A DNA stretch of 64,000 nt from Candidatus Binatia bacterium. GTDB taxonomy: Bacteria > Chloroflexota > Dormibacteria > Aeolococcales > Aeolococcaceae. The DNA lies in assembly GCA_035624785.1 (NCBI GenBank), contig DASPQV010000049.1, forward strand, positions 5,731 through 69,730, given 5' to 3'. A program made the position numbers and the translations under genes. The notes under the pieces were generated by a model. The model saw nothing but the letters and a program-made list of their open reading frames with translations, was not told the origin of the DNA and searched no databases. Positions 1 through 8,795 of the stretch are shown piece after piece (position 1 is the stretch's first letter; every line of letters starts with the position of its first letter).

Positions 1-365
1 CCGCCGCGATCGACCATCCCGTGGCCGCGGCTGTCGGTGATCCGGTGCTGGCGGTCGGCAACGCCATGGGTCTAGGGGTGGCCCCCCGCTCGGCGGTCGG
101 CCGGATCGTGGCCGTCGACGGCTCGGTCAGCTACGGTGTGGGCTCGGCAACCGTGCGCCTGGCCGGGACCATCGAGGCCCGGGCCGGCATTTTCGAAGGA
201 GACTCCGGAGGAGCGCTGGTGGATGTGCGGGGTCGGGTGATCGGCATCATCGCCGCCGGGCTGGGCGGCGGTCCGTGCCCGGCCGGTGCGATGTGTCCCA
301 TGGCTCTGACCTTCGCGATCCCCATCGACTGGGCGCTCGAGAAGCTCGGCTACCGCGCCGCCTAA
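1..365 (+). CDS. Trypsin-like (S1, HtrA/DegP-type) serine protease, C-terminal part. The 5' end lies outside the window.
   Basis: The frame of ORF 21..365 is open to the window edge. It has the catalytic-serine motif GDSGGAL followed by RVIGI..AG, typical of the chymotrypsin fold. Confidence 0.7.
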   Translation, partial: AAIDHPVAAAVGDPVLAVGNAMGLGVAPRSAVGRIVAVDGSVSYGVGSATVRLAGTIEARAGIFEGDSGGALVDVRGRVIGIIAAGLGGGPCPAGAMCPMALTFAIPIDWALEKLGYRAA

Positions 366-401
366 CCACGGCCCCGTCCCACGGGAGGGGCACCCAGTTG
401 T

Positions 402-1169
402 CTAGGGGTTCAAGCGGAGCAGCCCGATGATGCCGCCCTGCGGATCCCGGATCACGCTGAACCGGCCGCCGGAGAAGTCGGTGGGCGGCACCAGGGCAGG
501 TCCGCCGTGCTCCTCGGCCCTCGCGGTTCCGGCGTCGACGTCCGCCACCCCGAAGTAGATCAGCCAGTACGAGGGATACACGTCCTCGCCCGGGCGCAGC
601 GGAGTCGCCCCGGCCAGGCTGGCGCCCCCCAGGGTGAACTCGGTGTAGACCATCCCGCCCATCTCGGTGTCGCGGTGGCCCCAGCCGAAGACGCTGCCGT
701 AGAAGGCTCGGACCGCCTCGAGGTCGCGGGTGTGCAGCTCGATCCAGGTCACGCTTCCCGGAACGTCCTTGACCTGCACGCCCTGGTGCAGCGCCGGCTG
801 CCAGATTCCGATCGCCGCTCCGGCGGGATCCTCGAGGAATGCCATGGTGCCCCGGCCCATGACGTCGATCGGCTCCACCAGCACGGTGCCGCCCGCGGCC
901 TTCGCCTTCGACACCGTGGCGGCGGCGTCGGCGACGATGATGTAGGCGTTCCAGGCCGTCGGCTTGCGCTGGCTCTGCAGGGGTCCGACCCCACCCACCA
1001 TCTTCCCCTCGAGGTTGAAGAAGCCGTATCCGCCCGCCCGCGGATCGGGAACCAGATCCGCCGTCCACCCGAAGAGGTTCGCGTAGAAGGCGCGCGCCGC
1101 CTCCGGATCGGAGGTGGACAGGTCGAACCAGCCGGGGGTGTTCGTCTCGATGACCGGTGTCTCAGCCAT
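402..1169 (-). CDS. VOC (glyoxalase/bleomycin-resistance/dioxygenase) family protein with two tandem domains
   Basis: Two internally repeated modules: PGWFDLSTSDPEAARAFYANLFGW and VTWIELHTRDLEAVRAFYGSVFGW. I take the start at the internal ATG (MAETPV). The track ORF extends 11 codons further, to 1202. Confidence 0.75.
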   Translation of the reverse strand: MAETPVIETNTPGWFDLSTSDPEAARAFYANLFGWTADLVPDPRAGGYGFFNLEGKMVGGVGPLQSQRKPTAWNAYIIVADAAATVSKAKAAGGTVLVEPIDVMGRGTMAFLEDPAGAAIGIWQPALHQGVQVKDVPGSVTWIELHTRDLEAVRAFYGSVFGWGHRDTEMGGMVYTEFTLGGASLAGATPLRPGEDVYPSYWLIYFGVADVDAGTARAEEHGGPALVPPTDFSGGRFSVIRDPQGGIIGLLRLNP

Positions 1170-1390
1170 GGTCGAATGACCTCCCTTCCTCGCCGTGGTC
1201 ACCGTCGTCGTCCAGGGTAGCTCGGCGTACCTCAGGTCACGGGAGCAGCCCGCGGCCGGGCTGCCTGGACCGCAGCGCCGCAGCGGCCAGACTGGTCCGG
1301 GGCAGCGCCAGGTACGTTCGCGAGGAGTCCTGCGTCCCCTGGACCTGATCCGCGCTGGCGTGGTGCCGGTGGGCAGATCGTCATCCCCAT

Positions 1391-2581
1391 CTACCCCGTG
1401 GAGCGGCGGGCCGAGGCCTTGGAGGCAGCCCGCCGGGGCGGCGAGGTCGGGCTCCGGCTGCCCGTCTCCTGGTGATCCGCGGGGCGGCAGTCGCGCGGCC
1501 CCGCGGCTGCCGGGGCGGCTTCGGCCTCCGCGCCGGCGGCGGGCAGCTCGAACCAGAAGGTCGTCAGACGCTCGTCGGATTCAGCCCCCATCCTGCCGTC
1601 GTGCGCCTCGACCAGCTCGCGGGCGATCGCCAGGCCGATGCCGGCGCCTCCGCTCCCCCGGGTGCGGCTCGGATCTGCCCGGAAGAAGCGCTCGAAGACG
1701 TAGGGCAGGGCATCGGCGGGGACGCGCTCGCCGGTATTGCTGATGGCCACCCTCACCATCTCTCGGGGTGAAGCCGAGAGGCGAGCCGTGATCGCCGTTC
1801 CGGGGCGCGCGTAGCGGAGCGCGTTGTCGACGATGATCCCGACCACCTGGAGCAGTCGCAGCCGGTCTCCCATCACCAGGGGATCGGTCCCCACCCCATC
1901 CAGACGCCAGGTCAGCTGATGCCTGCCCATGGCCACCCTGAAGCTCTCCATCGCCTCGCCAACCAGGGAGCCGAGCGCCACGGGACCGCGGTCCATCCGA
2001 TCACGGGCGAGCTGGGCGTCGGCGAGAGCCCGGAGATCCTCGACCAGCGCGATCAGCCGGTCCAGCTCCTGGTGGGCGCGATCCAGGTTCTCCGGCGACG
2101 CCGGGATGACGCCGTCCCGCATCCCCTCCAGGAGGCCCATGAGGTTGTGGAGAGGCGTCCTCAGCTCGTGAGCGACGTCGTTGGTGACCTGGCGGCGGAG
2201 CTCCTCGAGGCGCTTCAGCGAGCCCGCCAGCTCGTTCACCGACTTGGCGACATCACCGATCTCGTCCTGCCGCGCCGTCCGGATCGGCTCGGGAGCGGCT
2301 CCCGACGCCAGGCTGCGGGTGGCGTCTCGCACGGCGTGGAGGGGTCGCAGGGCGAAGGTGACCACCAGGAAGTTGAGGATGACGGCGACCCCGGCGGCCG
2401 CGCCCAGGGCTGGGTACAGCTGGGTGGCCACCGCGGGCTGCATCACCACGTGCATGAGCACCAGGATGGTGGCGACCGTCGCGGCGATGACCAGCCCGTT
2501 GAGCGCCACCAGCTGCCCGCGCAGTCCGAGACGCCTCCAGAGGCGGCGGGTGGCGGCGACGGCGCGGCCGGCGACCCTCAT
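1391..2581 (-). CDS. Sensor histidine kinase (TM segments, HAMP-like linker, HisKA, HATPase)
   Basis: H-box VAHELRTPLHNL, N-box IVDNALRY, G-box GSGGAGIGLAIARELV. The ATG at 2579..2581 overlaps the response-regulator stop (ATGA). The 597-aa track ORF is an upstream in-frame extension and was rejected. Confidence 0.85.
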   Translation of the reverse strand: MRVAGRAVAATRRLWRRLGLRGQLVALNGLVIAATVATILVLMHVVMQPAVATQLYPALGAAAGVAVILNFLVVTFALRPLHAVRDATRSLASGAAPEPIRTARQDEIGDVAKSVNELAGSLKRLEELRRQVTNDVAHELRTPLHNLMGLLEGMRDGVIPASPENLDRAHQELDRLIALVEDLRALADAQLARDRMDRGPVALGSLVGEAMESFRVAMGRHQLTWRLDGVGTDPLVMGDRLRLLQVVGIIVDNALRYARPGTAITARLSASPREMVRVAISNTGERVPADALPYVFERFFRADPSRTRGSGGAGIGLAIARELVEAHDGRMGAESDERLTTFWFELPAAGAEAEAAPAAAGPRDCRPADHQETGSRSPTSPPRRAASKASARRSTG

Positions 2582-3300
2582 CGCGACCGGAGCTCCTCCA
2601 GCTTGTAGCCGAGACCTCGGACCGTGGTCACGGCCACCGAAGCTCCCCATGCCTGCAGGCACCGGCGGAGCCGGGCGACCTGGACGTCGACGGCGCGATC
2701 CCCGGCCCCCGGGTCGCCGTCGCCCCCGTGCAGGCGGGCCAGCAGCTGGCCGCGGGTGTAGACGCGGCCGGGGTGCTCGAGCAGCGCGTCGAGCAGCGAG
2801 AAGCCGTGCCGCGTCACCGGCACGGGGGCGCCGGCGACCCGGACGTCCCGGCTCTCCGGCATGAGCTCGAGGTTGCCCAGGCGCACCACCGGCGGTGGCA
2901 GGGGGCCGATCTCGGCCCGGCGCAGCAGAGCGGCGACACGGGCCACCAGCTCGCGGGGGCTGAAGGGCTTGACCAGGTAGTCGTCGGCGCCGATCTGAAG
3001 GCCGCGGATCCGATCCAGCTCGTCGGCGCGGGCGCTCAGGATCAGGATCGGCACCCTCGAGCCGCGCCGCCGGATCTCGGTGCAGATTTCGAAGCCGTCC
3101 CTCTGGGGGAGCATGACGTCGAGGACGACGCAGCGCGCCCTCACCTGGCGGAGGACGTCGAGAGCCTGGCCCCCGGAGCGGCACACCGCGGTGCGATGCC
3201 CCTCTCGCTCCAGGTAAGCGCGGACCACGTCGGCGGTGGTGGGATCGTCCTCCACCAGCAGGATCGGCGCGGCGGCCGGAGTCGCTGGGCTCTCTTCCAT
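2578..3300 (-). CDS. OmpR/PhoB-family response regulator
   Basis: Receiver motifs ILLVEDD, VVLDVMLP and YLVKPF, plus a winged-helix C-terminus (VDVQVARLRR..., RGLGYKL). Confidence 0.9.
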   Translation of the reverse strand: MEESPATPAAAPILLVEDDPTTADVVRAYLEREGHRTAVCRSGGQALDVLRQVRARCVVLDVMLPQRDGFEICTEIRRRGSRVPILILSARADELDRIRGLQIGADDYLVKPFSPRELVARVAALLRRAEIGPLPPPVVRLGNLELMPESRDVRVAGAPVPVTRHGFSLLDALLEHPGRVYTRGQLLARLHGGDGDPGAGDRAVDVQVARLRRCLQAWGASVAVTTVRGLGYKLEELRSR

Positions 3301-3382
3301 GCGGTTCCGCGACCCAGTATGGGGGTGGCTCCCCGCCGGACCGGCGAGCGATGCGGATCGCCGGAAATCACGGTGTGGCGGA

Positions 3383-3415
3383 GACGCCGGGTGACCGCCA
3401 CGGCCACCCGGCGTC
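3383..3415. terminator. Perfect 11-bp stem hairpin (gacgccgggtg / cacccggcgtc, 11-nt loop) downstream of the beta-propeller gene
   Basis: Read directly: arms at 3383..3393 and 3405..3415 are exact reverse complements. It lies between the stop at 3444 and the RR start at 3300. There is no U-tract. Confidence 0.4.
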
Positions 3416-3443
3416 CGCTCGGGTGTCAGCGCTTTTCGGGCCC

Positions 3444-4577
3444 TCAGCGCACGGAGGTGGAGACCAGGCCGGTGGCGGTCGACGGCAGCGAGGAGGCCGC
3501 CGTGCTGACCGGGCCCAGGGCTCCGCCGTCCAGGATCGGGGCGGCCACGATCCGGTTCGCGCCCGGCACCAGGTTGTAGAGGGTGCGCTGGGCGATGGTC
3601 AGATCGAGGTTGGGGATGCCGCCGGCGGTCGCTGCGACGGAGGCGAGCAAGGTGAGCTGCCCCGACTCGCTGATCTCGTAGGCGGAGATGGTCCCGACGT
3701 GGGCGTTGGCAGTGTAGGCGTCGTCACCGCCGACGACCAGCCAGCAGGGCGCCGCCTGGCCGCCGTTGGGCACGTCGCTGATGGCGTCGAGGGTGCCGTC
3801 TCGGTCGAGGCGGTACGAGGTGGCCGCATCCTCGGCGGCGTCGGAGACGATCGGCCGGCCGCGACTGTCGAAGTCGAAGCCGTAGGGGCCGGCGCCGGTC
3901 GCGGTGGTGGCCACCGCCTCACCGAGGTTGCCGTCCCCGCTGACCTCGAAGGTGTCGATGGTGTCGCTCCCCTTCTCGGTGACGATGACGCGGCGGCCGT
4001 CGGGGGTGAAGGAGATCTGCTCGGGTGAGCTGGCTTCCCGAGACAGGGAGGCGGTGTCCCCGGGGCCGGTCAGCGGGCTGAGACCGCCGTCCCCGAGCCG
4101 CAGCCCGGAGATCGACGAGCTTCCCGCGTCGAGGACCTCGACCAGGCGGCCGTGCACCGAGACGCTGATCGGATCCGTCCCGCCTGAGGAGGCGGTGTTA
4201 ACCAGCGCCAGCGCTCCGCCATCACCGATCCGGAAGGCGGAGACGCTGTTGGAGCCGGCGTTGACGGCGAGCAGCCAGCCGCCCCCGCCGGCGAGGGCCA
4301 GGGCTCCCTGCGAGCCGAGACCGGCGCCGCTCCCGTTGCCTCCGGTCGAGAAGCTGCCCAGCGGGCTGAAGCCGCCGGAGGGCTGGCTGGCGAAGCCGAG
4401 GACGGCGTTGCCGCCCTGCGCTGCGCTGGCATCGCTCATCGTGTACAGCACGGTAGTCGGATGGTGATCGCCGGCCGGCGCCACCCCGGCACCCACGGTG
4501 GCGAAGGTGAGCCCGGCCGCGCCCACGGCTCCCGCGGCGACGGCCGCGGCCCTTCCGAAACTCAGTCGCACCTTCAT
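3444..4577 (-). CDS. Secreted beta-propeller protein, lactonase/YVTN-like repeats
   Basis: Start at MKVRLSFGRAAAVAAGAVGAAGL (signal-peptide-like). Repeated ...NAGSNSVSAFRI.., ..LDAGSSSISGLRL.. blades resemble 7-bladed lactonase-type propellers. The 782-aa track ORF is an Arg/Pro-rich upstream extension overlapping the FGGY kinase gene in another frame. Confidence 0.6.
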   Translation of the reverse strand: MKVRLSFGRAAAVAAGAVGAAGLTFATVGAGVAPAGDHHPTTVLYTMSDASAAQGGNAVLGFASQPSGGFSPLGSFSTGGNGSGAGLGSQGALALAGGGGWLLAVNAGSNSVSAFRIGDGGALALVNTASSGGTDPISVSVHGRLVEVLDAGSSSISGLRLGDGGLSPLTGPGDTASLSREASSPEQISFTPDGRRVIVTEKGSDTIDTFEVSGDGNLGEAVATTATGAGPYGFDFDSRGRPIVSDAAEDAATSYRLDRDGTLDAISDVPNGGQAAPCWLVVGGDDAYTANAHVGTISAYEISESGQLTLLASVAATAGGIPNLDLTIAQRTLYNLVPGANRIVAAPILDGGALGPVSTAASSLPSTATGLVSTSVR

Positions 4578-4675
4578 CTCCCTGATCTGCCTCCCGGTTC
4601 CCTGGCCCCCTCCGGTGGGGGAATCAGGCGAGGCTAGGGGGCGTTTGTTTCGCGACTGTTGCAAGGCCCGGCGAG

Positions 4676-6304
4676 CTATGCCGCCCCTGCGCCCGGCCCC
4701 CGGTTGAGCGCGTGGTGGAGACCCCGCAGCTGCCGGTAGGCGGCCTGATACTGCCGGAACATGACGTCGTAGGTCGCCCTGTTCTCGGGCCTGGGGTCGA
4801 AGCTCCGGCTGACCCGCACCGTGGCGCGCAGGCTGGCGAAGCTGGGATGCATTCCGAGGGCGACCCCGGCGGCCAGGGCGGCGCCCACCGCACCGGCATC
4901 CTGCGGATCCTCGACGACCTCGAGCCGGCGCCCGGTGACGTCGGCGATGATCTGCATCCAGACCCCGCTTCGCGCCCCCCCGCCGACGACGCGCAGCACC
5001 GGTGAGGCCAGCCGGAAGTCCTGCGCCAGCCGCTCCAGGATCCACCGGAAATTGAAGGCGACGCCTTCGAGGATGGCCCGGACCAGGGTTCCGCGGCGGT
5101 GTTCGGGGCCGAGGTTGATGAAGGACGACCGCAGCAGCGGGTCGTCGACCGGCACGCGCTCGCCGTACATCCACGGGGTGAAGAGCAGGGAATCGGAGCC
5201 TGGGGCCACCGCCTCGGCCTCCGCGTCCATCTCGGCGAACGCATCGCCGAGCGGGCGCCCGCTCTCCCGCGCTCGAAACAGCTCGTTGGCAGCCCACTCC
5301 AGGCAGGCGCCCCCGGTCTCCATCTCGGCGATCAGCAGGTTGCGATCCGGGTCGCCGGACTGGATGACGGCCACGCCGTGGCGTCCGGTCGGATGCCCCG
5401 AGGTGATCGTCACCACCCATCCCGAGGTGCCCAGGTAGAGGTGGGCCTCGCCGTCGCCGATCGCTCCCGATCCGATCGCGGCGGCGGCGGCGTCGCCCAT
5501 TCCGGACACGATCGGGGTGCCCTCGGGGATGCCGAGGTCCGCGGCCGCGGCGGGGATGGCGGCGCCGGCCACGGCATTGGGGCGGAGCAGCGGCGGCAGC
5601 TTGCTCACGTCGATGCCGGCGTAGCGCATGATCCCGCTGAGCCAGGCCTTGCGCTTGAGGTCGAGGCCGAACGCCGACGCTCCGGTCCATTCCATGGCGC
5701 TGTGGCCGGTGCAGCGCAGCAGCAGGTAGCCGCCGACGTCGACGAAGCAGGCCATGCGATCCCAGGTGTCGGGCTCGTGCCGGCGCAGCCACTGGAGCTT
5801 GGGCATGCCGTCCTTGCCTGACAGCGTCGCCCCCGCCAGGCGTTCAAAGAGGCGCGCACCCCCGAACCGGCGCATTATGGCCACCGCCTCGGCACCGGCC
5901 CGGCCGTCCAGCCAGATGATGGGGCGGCGGAGCACGGTGCCGGCGCCGTCCACAGGCACCACACCGAGCATCTGGGTGCTGAAGGTGAGGCAGGCGGGAG
6001 CCGCCCCGTCCCGGCCGGCGAGCACGGCACGGGTGCCGGCGCAGACCGCCCGCCACCAGTCGGACGCGTCCTGCTCGGCCCACCCCACCTCGGGGTAGCA
6101 GGTCGGGTAGGGCTCGACGTGCTTGGCCACGACCCTCCCGCCGGCGTCGGCCAGCACCGTCTTGACGCCGCTGGTCCCGACGTCGTGGGCGACGATCAGG
6201 TCTCGGCTGGCGGGGTCGGCTGGCGTGTCCACTTCCGGTCGGGCAGCAGCATCCGACCTCGGTGGACCGCGCTCACAGAGGCGAAGGGCCCGGTTGAGGT
6301 GCAT
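4676..6304 (-). CDS. FGGY-family carbohydrate kinase (xylulokinase/glycerol-kinase-like)
   Basis: N-terminal DVGTSGVKT phosphate-1 motif, GDAAAAAIGSG, and C-terminal VVGGGARSGVWMQIIADVTG. The start is uncertain: ATG at 6304, or GTG at 6232 (VDTPADP...). Confidence 0.85.
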   Translation of the reverse strand: MHLNRALRLCERGPPRSDAAARPEVDTPADPASRDLIVAHDVGTSGVKTVLADAGGRVVAKHVEPYPTCYPEVGWAEQDASDWWRAVCAGTRAVLAGRDGAAPACLTFSTQMLGVVPVDGAGTVLRRPIIWLDGRAGAEAVAIMRRFGGARLFERLAGATLSGKDGMPKLQWLRRHEPDTWDRMACFVDVGGYLLLRCTGHSAMEWTGASAFGLDLKRKAWLSGIMRYAGIDVSKLPPLLRPNAVAGAAIPAAAADLGIPEGTPIVSGMGDAAAAAIGSGAIGDGEAHLYLGTSGWVVTITSGHPTGRHGVAVIQSGDPDRNLLIAEMETGGACLEWAANELFRARESGRPLGDAFAEMDAEAEAVAPGSDSLLFTPWMYGERVPVDDPLLRSSFINLGPEHRRGTLVRAILEGVAFNFRWILERLAQDFRLASPVLRVVGGGARSGVWMQIIADVTGRRLEVVEDPQDAGAVGAALAAGVALGMHPSFASLRATVRVSRSFDPRPENRATYDVMFRQYQAAYRQLRGLHHALNRGPGAGAA

Positions 6305-6411
6305 CGAACGACCCTTGGCCTGCTTGACGCCGCGGGACCAGACTGGCTGTGGTACGGGACGCCCTGGTCGTGCGGTTGCTCCGCTGGGCCTCGGGGCTGT
6401 CCCGGTCGGAC

Positions 6412-8745
6412 ATGGTCGTCTCGGAGGACGGAACTGTGAGCGTCGACGTCTCCGTCAGCCGGCAGGTGGTCGACACCTGCCGCGAGCTGCTCGCCCGCGG
6501 CTTCCTCAAGGTGAACGAGGGCAACGTGTCGGTGCGCGTCCCGGGGAGCCCGCGCTTCGCGATCACGGCGTCGGGGCGCGACTACGACACCCTCACCGAG
6601 GAGGACGTCTGCATCCTCGACCTCCAGCTGCACCGGATCGCGGGCACCCGCAAGCCGTCTATCGAGTCCGGTCTGCACGCCGCCGCCTACCGCCACCGGC
6701 CCGACGTCAATGTGGTGGTCCACACGCATCAGCCCTTCGCCAGCGCCCTGGCGATCATGCGCAAGCCGATCCCGGCGCTCTTCGACGAGCAGGTTCGCTT
6801 CCTGGGCCGCGGCGTGCCGATCGTCGGCTACGCGCCCTCTGGGACCGGCCTGCTGCGGCGTGGCGTCGAGGCCCGGATCCGGGCCGGGGGCAACGCCTTC
6901 ATCCTCGCCAACCACGGAGTCCTGGTGCTGGGCCAGGACGTCGACCACGCCGTCCACAACCTGGCGATCCTCGAGAAGGTCTCGCAGGCCTATCTGATGA
7001 GCCTGATGACCGCCGAGCGCACCCGGCGGATCCCGCTGCTGGTCAGGGAGATTGCGTTCGCCCAGCTGCGCAAGGAGGAGCGGGCGGCGGCGTCAGGCGA
7101 CGGTGCCGGGCCGCATGGTGCGGCGGGCGCGGCGGCGAACGTCCACGGGAACGGTGTGAAGCCGCTGGTCGCGCTGGCAGGGGAGAGGCCGGAGCCGGCG
7201 GGAGCGCTGGCGGGGGAGAGGCCGGAGCCGGCGGCGCGGCCGCTGGAGCCGCCGGCCGCCGTCCAGCCGCCGGCGAATGCCGGGATATCTGCCGGCGGGG
7301 CCGACTCCGCGATCAGCAGGTACCCGGATGTGGAGGCGGTCTACGCGAGATTGAACCGCCTTGTCGAGCAGCCGATGCGTCGGGTCCGCCGCTCCTACAT
7401 GGCTGAATGCCTTGGCTACTTCGACACCAAATGCCAGCGTTCCCGCCAGCTCACCGACCGAGCCAGGCTGAGCATCCCCGGGGGGGTGCAGCACAACCTT
7501 GCCTTCAACCACCCCTTCCCGATCGCCGTCGAGCGCGCCGAGGGAGCCTATCTCTGGGATGTCGACGGCAACCGGTACATCGACTTCCTGCAGGCGGGCG
7601 GGCCCACCATTCTGGGCAGCAACTGGGCGCCGCTGCAGGAACGCGTCATCGAGGTGCTGCACACCTCCGGGCCGGTGACCGGGCTCTTTCACGAGTACGA
7701 GCTGAAGCTGGCCGAGCTGGTCCGCCGACTGGTGCCGTCGGTCGAGATGCTGCGCATGTTCGGCTCCGGCAGCGAGGCGGTGATGGCCGCCCTCCGGGCC
7801 GCCCGCGCCTCCACCAAGAAGGCCTACGTCATCAAGATGGGCGGCGCCTACCACGGCTGGAGCGACCAGATGGTCTACGGGCTGCACGTCCCCGGCACCC
7901 GGCGGTTCGAGTCCAAGGGGATTCCCCGGCCGGCCACCAGCCGCACCTGCGAGGTGTACCCGAACTCGGTGGCGGCGCTGCGGCGCAAGCTGACCGAGAA
8001 CCGGCTGCGGGGCGGCACCGCTGCCGTGATCGTCGAGCCACTCGGTCCGGAGAGCGGAACCCGGCCTGTCGACTTCGACTTCAACGCCCGTGCCCGCGAG
8101 CTCTGCGACGAGTTCGGCGCCCTGCTCATCTTCGACGAGGTGGTCACCGGGTTCCGGGTGGGCTTGGGCGGCGCCCAGGCGTACTTCGGGGTGCGCCCGG
8201 ACCTCACCATCTTCGGGAAGTGCATCGCCGGGGGCTATCCGATGGCCGGTGCGGTGGGCGGCCGCTCCGACGTGATGTCGACGATGGCGGCCGGGATCGG
8301 GGGCACCGGCGAGCGCGCCTACGTGGGCGGCACCCTGTCGGCCAACCCGCTCTCCTGCGCCGCCGGGTACTTCGCGCTCCTGGAGATGGAGAGGACGGGT
8401 GCGCCGGTCATCGCCGGTCGGGCCGGCGACCGGCTGGCCCGCGGCCTGGAGCAGGTCATCGAGCGTCGCGGACTGCCCTACGTCGTCTACAACACCGGCT
8501 CCATCGTCCACCTGGAGACGTCCGGGGTGATGCTCCTCGACCTGCACCATCCGGTGCGGCTGCTCCGCGAGCTCAAGCCGCGCCGGACCATGATCGAGGA
8601 GATGGGCGCTGCCTACATGGCCAAGGGGATCGTCACGCTCGCCGGGTCCCGGATCTACACCTCGATGGCGGACACCGACGAGGTGATCGACGACGCGGTG
8701 CGGCGCTTCGACGAGGTCTTCGCCCACGTGGAGGGGGTGCGGTAG
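6412..8745 (+). CDS. Single-ORF fusion: N-terminal class II aldolase/adducin domain, low-complexity linker, then a class III (glutamate-1-semialdehyde aminomutase-like) PLP aminotransferase domain
   Basis: Aldolase part: NEGNVSVR, SIESGLHAAAY, VVVHTHQPFASALA, ILANHGVLVLG. Aminotransferase part: IPGGVQHN, GSGSEAVMAALRAAR, LIFDEVVTGFRVGLGGAQAYFG, FGKCIAGGYP (PLP lysine). No stop codon lies between the parts. Possible starts are ATG 6349, ATG 6412, or GTG 6436, which is preceded by GGAGGA. Confidence 0.7.
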   Translation: MVVSEDGTVSVDVSVSRQVVDTCRELLARGFLKVNEGNVSVRVPGSPRFAITASGRDYDTLTEEDVCILDLQLHRIAGTRKPSIESGLHAAAYRHRPDVNVVVHTHQPFASALAIMRKPIPALFDEQVRFLGRGVPIVGYAPSGTGLLRRGVEARIRAGGNAFILANHGVLVLGQDVDHAVHNLAILEKVSQAYLMSLMTAERTRRIPLLVREIAFAQLRKEERAAASGDGAGPHGAAGAAANVHGNGVKPLVALAGERPEPAGALAGERPEPAARPLEPPAAVQPPANAGISAGGADSAISRYPDVEAVYARLNRLVEQPMRRVRRSYMAECLGYFDTKCQRSRQLTDRARLSIPGGVQHNLAFNHPFPIAVERAEGAYLWDVDGNRYIDFLQAGGPTILGSNWAPLQERVIEVLHTSGPVTGLFHEYELKLAELVRRLVPSVEMLRMFGSGSEAVMAALRAARASTKKAYVIKMGGAYHGWSDQMVYGLHVPGTRRFESKGIPRPATSRTCEVYPNSVAALRRKLTENRLRGGTAAVIVEPLGPESGTRPVDFDFNARARELCDEFGALLIFDEVVTGFRVGLGGAQAYFGVRPDLTIFGKCIAGGYPMAGAVGGRSDVMSTMAAGIGGTGERAYVGGTLSANPLSCAAGYFALLEMERTGAPVIAGRAGDRLARGLEQVIERRGLPYVVYNTGSIVHLETSGVMLLDLHHPVRLLRELKPRRTMIEEMGAAYMAKGIVTLAGSRIYTSMADTDEVIDDAVRRFDEVFAHVEGVR
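7171..7236 (+). repeat. 33-bp tandem duplication (2 copies, 2-3 mismatches) inside the inter-domain linker
   Basis: gcgctggcaggggagaggccggagccggcggga is followed by gcgctggcgggggagaggccggagccggcggcg, encoding ALAGERPEPAG/ALAGERPEPAA. Confidence 0.85.
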
Positions 8746-8764
8746 GGGCTTCGCATCCGCCACT

Positions 8765-8790
8765 AGTTGTGGACGCAGCAGTCCACAACT
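8765..8790. terminator. Perfect 10-bp hairpin (agttgtggac gcagca gtccacaact) between convergent genes
   Basis: Read directly. It is noticeably AT-richer than the surrounding DNA and lies between the stop at 8745 (+) and the stop at 8796 (-). Confidence 0.55.
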
Positions 8791-8795
8791 CGCTG

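Noticed and set aside
4578-5792. N-terminal 405-codon extension of the beta-propeller ORF (track ORF 3444..5792). Analogous extensions are 2582..3184, 10637..11350, 29532..31265, 31113..32135, 41331..41486, 54819..55349 and 55787..56230.
   Set aside because: The extensions overlap neighbouring well-supported genes in other frames and are Arg/Pro-rich. Good internal starts exist, with SD-like sequences or stop/start overlaps.
7171-7236. Possible CRISPR or mobile-element repeat
   Set aside because: There are only two directly adjacent copies with no spacers. The repeat is in-frame inside a coding linker, and no cas or transposase genes are present anywhere in the window.
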